NCBI GenBank assembly: GCA_965204345.1
Contig: OZ241981.1
Location: 1,696,001-1,760,000, forward strand
DNA from: Nitrosopumilus sp.
GTDB taxonomy: Archaea > Thermoproteota > Nitrososphaeria > Nitrososphaerales > Nitrosopumilaceae
Direction: 5' to 3'
DNA: 64,000 bases
Part shown: positions 59,175-64,000 of the stretch, in pieces
Numbering within the stretch: position 1 is the first letter of the stretch
Layout of the letters: each line of letters opens with the position of its first letter
The notes under the pieces: generated by a model
What the model saw: the letters and a program-made list of their open reading frames with translations, nothing else
The model's database searches: none
Told to the model about the DNA's origin: nothing
Made by a program: the position numbers and the translations under genes

Positions 59175-60455
59175 TTGATGTCAAAGTCTGGGAAATTATT
59201 CAGGGATGCAAAAAAAGTAATTCCCATGGGCGTTAATAGCCCTGTTAGGTATTTTGAGCCGCATCCCTTCTTTACTAAAAAGGCAAATGGGGCATACATT
59301 TGGGATGCAGACAACAATCGCTACATTGATTTTTGCAACGGATACGGTGCCCTTCTCTTGGGACATCAAAGAAAAGAGATCATTTCATCTGTATCAAAGC
59401 AGCTTTCCAAGGGAACTCTTTACTGCACTCCGACAGAGTCTGAAACCGAACTCTCAAAACTAATCATTGGAAATTTTCCCTCCGTTGAGAAAGTCAGGCT
59501 GATGAATACCGGTGGCGAATCTACAATGACTGCTATCAGATTAGCCCGTGGATTCACCAAAAAGAAAAAAATAATAAAATTTGAGGGATGCTATCACGGT
59601 GCACATGATTCTGTTTTAGTTAAAGCAGGCTCTGGCTCTGCACACAATGGAATCTCTGTATCTGATGGCGGATTAGATGAGGTCTCAAGAAACACCTTGG
59701 TTGCAGAGTATAACAACATTGAAGATTTGCAAAAAACAATTAGAAAAAATAAGGACATTGCAGGGGTTATTGTAGAGCCAATCCTTGCAAACATGGGATT
59801 AATTTTACCTGAAAAGAATTTCCTCTCTGATTTGCGAAAGATTACCAAGGAAAATGGCATTCCGCTAATTTTTGATGAGGTGGTTACCGGTTTTAGGGTT
59901 GCACCCGGGGGGGCCCAAGAACATTTTGGAATAAGACCCGATATTACCACAATGGCCAAAGCACTCAGTAACGGCTTTACAATTTCTGCTGTTGGTGGCA
60001 AAAAGGAAATCATGGACTTGCTTTCCCCTGGCGGCAGGGTGTATCAGGCAAGTACGTTTGCCGGAAATCCCATCTCCGTTAGTGCGGCTATTAGCTCAAT
60101 TAAAACAATTAGCAAGATCAAAAACAAACTCTATTCAAAGCTTGAGAGATTCAATCTGCTGTTTTGTGCCGCATTAGACGACATGGCCACTGACATGGGA
60201 ATCGCCCATCAGATTAATTTTACAGCCTCAATGTCTCAAATCTTCTTTACAAACAAGCCCGTTGTAGATTATCAAACTTCTAAAAGTGCAAATGCAAAGA
60301 AGTTCCAAAAGCTATTTCAGGCTTTGCTGAAAAAAGGAATCTTTATTGCCCCATCGCAGTTTGAGGTAGTCTTTCTGTCTGATGCCCACACTGAAACTGA
60401 TCTAAACAAGACACTAGACGCGTATCATTCTGCGTTAAAATCGGTGAAAAATTGA
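59175..60455 (+). CDS. hemL: Glutamate-1-semialdehyde 2,1-aminomutase
   Basis: GVNSPVR, KFEGCYHG, FDEVVTGFR, IAPSQFE. Confidence 0.95.
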   Translation: MMSKSGKLFRDAKKVIPMGVNSPVRYFEPHPFFTKKANGAYIWDADNNRYIDFCNGYGALLLGHQRKEIISSVSKQLSKGTLYCTPTESETELSKLIIGNFPSVEKVRLMNTGGESTMTAIRLARGFTKKKKIIKFEGCYHGAHDSVLVKAGSGSAHNGISVSDGGLDEVSRNTLVAEYNNIEDLQKTIRKNKDIAGVIVEPILANMGLILPEKNFLSDLRKITKENGIPLIFDEVVTGFRVAPGGAQEHFGIRPDITTMAKALSNGFTISAVGGKKEIMDLLSPGGRVYQASTFAGNPISVSAAISSIKTISKIKNKLYSKLERFNLLFCAALDDMATDMGIAHQINFTASMSQIFFTNKPVVDYQTSKSANAKKFQKLFQALLKKGIFIAPSQFEVVFLSDAHTETDLNKTLDAYHSALKSVKN

Positions 60456-61387
60456 AGTACATAGTAGGAGCTAGGGCAAGTCAGCTGTCTGTTGCACAAA
60501 CTAACTGGGTAATACGCGAATTAGAAAAGGCAAACCCTGACTGTGAGTATGAAATCAGGCCAATTACCACAAGGGGCGATGTTGATACTCGGCCACTGTT
60601 TACAATAGATCAAAAAGGAATCTTTGAAAAAGAGATTGACAGGGCAGTAGCCCAAAAGGAAATTGATTTTGCCGTACATAGTCTCAAAGACGTTCCATCA
60701 GAACTTGGTAAAGGCCTGACACTTGCATCTGTTCCAACACGTGAGGCAGCCAACGACGTATTCGTCTCTTTGGATGGCTCGACATTAGAGACCATCAGGG
60801 AAGGCGCGGTGATTGGGACCAGCTCATTGCGACGAGCTGTTCAGATCTCTAGAAAAAGACCTGATGTTACTGTAAGGCCCATCCGTGGCAACATTGAAAC
60901 TAGGATAAAAAAGGTATCCGGGGACAGCTATGATGCCATTGTTCTTGCACAAGCTGGAATATCTAGGTTGGGAGTTGATGTAAAATATGCCCCGCTATCT
61001 GTTGAGGACTTTACTCCTTCCCCGGGACAAGGCGCTATTGCCATTGTTGCAAGAACAAGTGATCCTAAAACAATTGCAATGTTAAAAAAAATTGAAAATA
61101 CTGATTCCCGTTTAGAGATTGAGGCCGAACGCTCCCTTTCTGACTATGTTGATTCCGGATGCAGATTCCCCCTGGGGGCATATGCCAAATCAGACGGATC
61201 TGATATGACTCTGAGCGTATCTGCATTTTCTGTGGATGGAAAGCAGTCCATTCTGATAAAAAAGCTTGGAGATAAAGAGAACCCCCAAGATCTGGGAAAG
61301 AGTGCAGGAGAGGAACTCTGCACGAAAGGTGTCAATGATCTTGCATTAAATTGGAGAGAAAAAGTGGAGGAGTGGAATAACACATGA
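60452..61387 (+). CDS. hemC: Hydroxymethylbilane synthase
   Basis: KGIFEKEI, AVHSLKDVP, GTSSLRR, IRGNIETR, PSPGQGA. Confidence 0.95.
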   Translation: MKYIVGARASQLSVAQTNWVIRELEKANPDCEYEIRPITTRGDVDTRPLFTIDQKGIFEKEIDRAVAQKEIDFAVHSLKDVPSELGKGLTLASVPTREAANDVFVSLDGSTLETIREGAVIGTSSLRRAVQISRKRPDVTVRPIRGNIETRIKKVSGDSYDAIVLAQAGISRLGVDVKYAPLSVEDFTPSPGQGAIAIVARTSDPKTIAMLKKIENTDSRLEIEAERSLSDYVDSGCRFPLGAYAKSDGSDMTLSVSAFSVDGKQSILIKKLGDKENPQDLGKSAGEELCTKGVNDLALNWREKVEEWNNT

Positions 61388-62124
61388 CTGGAAAAGTGTA
61401 TCTTGTCGGTGCAGGCCCCGGAGACAGTAAACTAATTACGCTGCGTGCAGTTGAACTGTTGGAGAAGGCAGATGTTGTTTTGTACGACAGGCTGGTAAGC
61501 AAAAAAATTATTTCAATGATTCCGAAAAAAACAGAAAGAGTCTATGTTGGCCGTGCCGTAGGTGATGACACAACTCACCAAAACACGACAAATGATCTGA
61601 TGGTTCAACATGCAAAATCCAAGAAAAGCGTGGTTCGACTAAAGGGAGGTGACCCGATCATCTTTGGACGCGGTGGAGAAGAGGCAGAATTTTTAAAAGC
61701 AAACAAGGTAAAGTACGAGATTGTTCCGGGAATCACCTCTGGAATTGGCTCTGCAACTTATGCTGGAATTCCGCTAACTCACAGAAAACACGCGTCATCT
61801 GTGGTTTTTGTAACAGGCCATGAAGATCCTGAAAAGAAAAAAGAGATTGTCAAATGGAAAAACCTTGCAAAATCAGTTGATACTATTGTAATTATGATGG
61901 GCCTGTCTAGAATAGATGTTATCTGTAAGCAGCTTGTATCTGGCGGACTGGATAAAAAAACTCCTGTTGCCGTAATTCAGAATGGCACCACCTCAAAACA
62001 GAAAATGATCAAGGGTACGGTCACAAATATTGCAAAAAAAGTCAAGGAAAATAAGATTCTCCCCCCCACAAACATCATAATTGGCAGTGTTGTTGACTTG
62101 TCAGACTCTATAGGTTGGAAATAA
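61384..62124 (+). CDS. cobA: Uroporphyrinogen-III C-methyltransferase
   Basis: LVGAGPGD, YDRLV, RLKGGDP.IFGRGGEE, VPGITS. Confidence 0.95.
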   Translation: MTGKVYLVGAGPGDSKLITLRAVELLEKADVVLYDRLVSKKIISMIPKKTERVYVGRAVGDDTTHQNTTNDLMVQHAKSKKSVVRLKGGDPIIFGRGGEEAEFLKANKVKYEIVPGITSGIGSATYAGIPLTHRKHASSVVFVTGHEDPEKKKEIVKWKNLAKSVDTIVIMMGLSRIDVICKQLVSGGLDKKTPVAVIQNGTTSKQKMIKGTVTNIAKKVKENKILPPTNIIIGSVVDLSDSIGWK

Positions 62125-62918
62125 TGCTTGATGGGAAAACTATAGCAATCACTCGATCAAGGGATGATGCATCTGAATTTATTTCCCTTGCCCAGGAAAA
62201 CAAGGCAACACCGATTCCGTTGCCAACAATTGAGCTTGTCAGTAAGGGCCAAAAAATTGTCGATGAGTTTTTGAATCTGGTTGAAACTGAGCATCCTGAC
62301 TATTCTGTATTTTTGAGCTCAAAAGCAGTAAAAATCCTCTTTGATACTGCAAAAGATGTTGGAAGCTTTGAAAAACTACAGTTGGCAGTTGCAAACACCA
62401 TGGTAATGTCTGTAGGTCCCAAAACTACGGCAACTTTGGGTACATATGGCATCAAGGTAAATTACGAACCAAAAAATAGTTCTTCTGTTGGGGTCGGAGA
62501 AGAATTCTCTCAAATTCATGCAGTTGGCAAAAAAGCAATCATTCCCCGTAGTGGTGCGTCAAACTCTTTTCTCAAGGAACTGCTAAATAAAATTGGAATC
62601 AATGTCGTAGAAATTCATCTGTATGACGTATGTGCGTTTAGAGATACAACCCAATGGAACGGATTTCGAGAATTATTTTCTCAAAATAAGGTAGACGGCA
62701 TTATCTTTACTAGTGCCTCCTCTGTCCGCGGATTCTTTGAGATTATGCAACATGACTGTGATCTGCCTGCCTTGATAAACCGCCTATCAAAGCTGTCTCT
62801 AGTGTGCATTGGCCCTTTCACATCTGGGGAACTCGGGAAGTTTGATGTCTCTTGTGCTGTATCTGACGTACATACTGTTGCAGGTGCATTTGATACCATG
62901 AAAACCAGCCTTGGTTAA
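62115..62918 (+). CDS. hemD: Uroporphyrinogen-III synthase
   Basis: IAITRS, VGPKT, FTSASSV, CIGPFT; operon context. Confidence 0.9.
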   Translation: MEIMLDGKTIAITRSRDDASEFISLAQENKATPIPLPTIELVSKGQKIVDEFLNLVETEHPDYSVFLSSKAVKILFDTAKDVGSFEKLQLAVANTMVMSVGPKTTATLGTYGIKVNYEPKNSSSVGVGEEFSQIHAVGKKAIIPRSGASNSFLKELLNKIGINVVEIHLYDVCAFRDTTQWNGFRELFSQNKVDGIIFTSASSVRGFFEIMQHDCDLPALINRLSKLSLVCIGPFTSGELGKFDVSCAVSDVHTVAGAFDTMKTSLG

Positions 62919-63234
62919 TTACTGGACTCAAATCATATCCAAAAAAGGACTAATGTCTTCATATTGCAATCTTTTGTGTATTCCAACCAAGAAGATGAGT
63001 GATATGAAATTCAAACCATTTTTTTTATGACCTGTTATCTCTTCTTCAGTTAAAGTTCTTTGGGAATGTGGAAAATATGGGTTAACAAAATTTACCTAGT
63101 AAAACTCTATTAGTTAAATTTTAAAACGCATGCTAAACGCTTTGTGTTTAATAATTCTAAAAATTGCATTTGATTGTATGTTTTGCTTTATTTTATTTTA
63201 TAAAATCATTAATTTTACGCCTAGACTTTGTACA

Positions 63235-63396
63235 CTAGTCAATGGATAGTGTTCCATCACATTGACATGACTTGCATTTTCCGTTAACAATTTGTGAGTT
63301 TCTGTCTGCTGTGATTATGTGGTTTGTAAGTGAATGGTCACATCTGGAACAGACACTTTTCTGTTCCACACCAATTCCAACTCTCATAGTTTCCAT
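63235..63396 (-). CDS. 53-aa Cys/His-rich micro-protein (not in ORF track)
   Basis: METMRVGIGVEQKSVCSRCDHSLTNHIITADRNSQIVNGKCKSCQCDGTLSID*, translated by hand. Confidence 0.6.
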   Translation of the reverse strand: METMRVGIGVEQKSVCSRCDHSLTNHIITADRNSQIVNGKCKSCQCDGTLSID

Positions 63397-63435
63397 ATTA
63401 TCTCCTTACTGTTAAATTTTTTACACTGGTCACAT

Positions 63436-64000
63436 GGTTTGTGCTACAAACACTGTGAGCTTGTGGTCTCAAGCATTGCTCAAAGGGTTTGTGCTACAAA
63501 GATACGCATGCCTATATGATGTTTCACACTCCTTTTCAGGCATTATAAACAAGTATATCTGAAATTTCAGAATTAGTATTACTTTTTTATAGAATAATCG
63601 GGCATATTTTTTATGAAAGAGTTGGCAGCAATGATCAGTCATTGTGTCATTATGGCAGAATTTTGAATTAAAAAAGGCTCAAAATATGAAATCCGTGCCG
63701 AGACCCAAGGGGGCACAAAGGTATGAATGAGTTTGACAACCTAATCATAAAATCCGTGAAAAAGACAATCAGAAAAGATTTTGGTATGTTGGAAACATGG
63801 TATTTCCGGAAATAAATCTCAAAGAATTTGCTTGGAAAGTCTGTTTGAAAAACACCCAATCGTTATACTTTGGATTCTATTTTTTTACATCTATGCATAA
63901 ATTAACACAGATATCTGAAAACAAGTCAGGTTTTCCTGCAACATACCTACAGAAATTTCGCTAGTCTTTGTATAGTCTTTGATTCCTTTGCTTTTCTTAC
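63436..64000. repeat. Dispersed repeat, copy of 29523-30089, truncated by window end
   Basis: Direct near-identity over about 565 bp. Confidence 0.9.

Overview
Archaeal DNA from a Nitrosopumilus-like ammonia-oxidising thaumarchaeon (TFB/TBP pair, Pth2, TruD, pyruvoyl arginine decarboxylase, hemL-hemC-cobA-hemD, tRNA-Thr). A host-associated (e.g. sponge) lifestyle is only inferred from the giant surface proteases and pseudogenes. Core genes alternate with accessory islands. (1) ~0.9-4.5 kb: a decayed tyrosine integrase and a coupled pair of P-loop ATPases behind a duplicated, triple-palindromic 52-bp site. (2) 5.0-15.7 kb: a subtilisin plus a 2255-aa HExxH/HYR/Ig surface metalloprotease, bracketed by two inverted ~320-bp MITEs with IS6-like ends. 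(3) 22.2-26 kb: a frameshifted HTH regulator, a frameshifted S1 protease and a secreted protein. (4) 29.4-43 kb: a paralogous subtilisin plus ~2660-aa metalloprotease cassette, next to a ~565-bp dispersed repeat that recurs at the window end. The best candidates for new biology are the duplicated, modular, apparently mobile two-protease cassette, the ATPase pair, a 28-bp motif at island borders, and unannotated Cys/His micro-proteins. All calls come from reading motifs by eye; no database searches were run.
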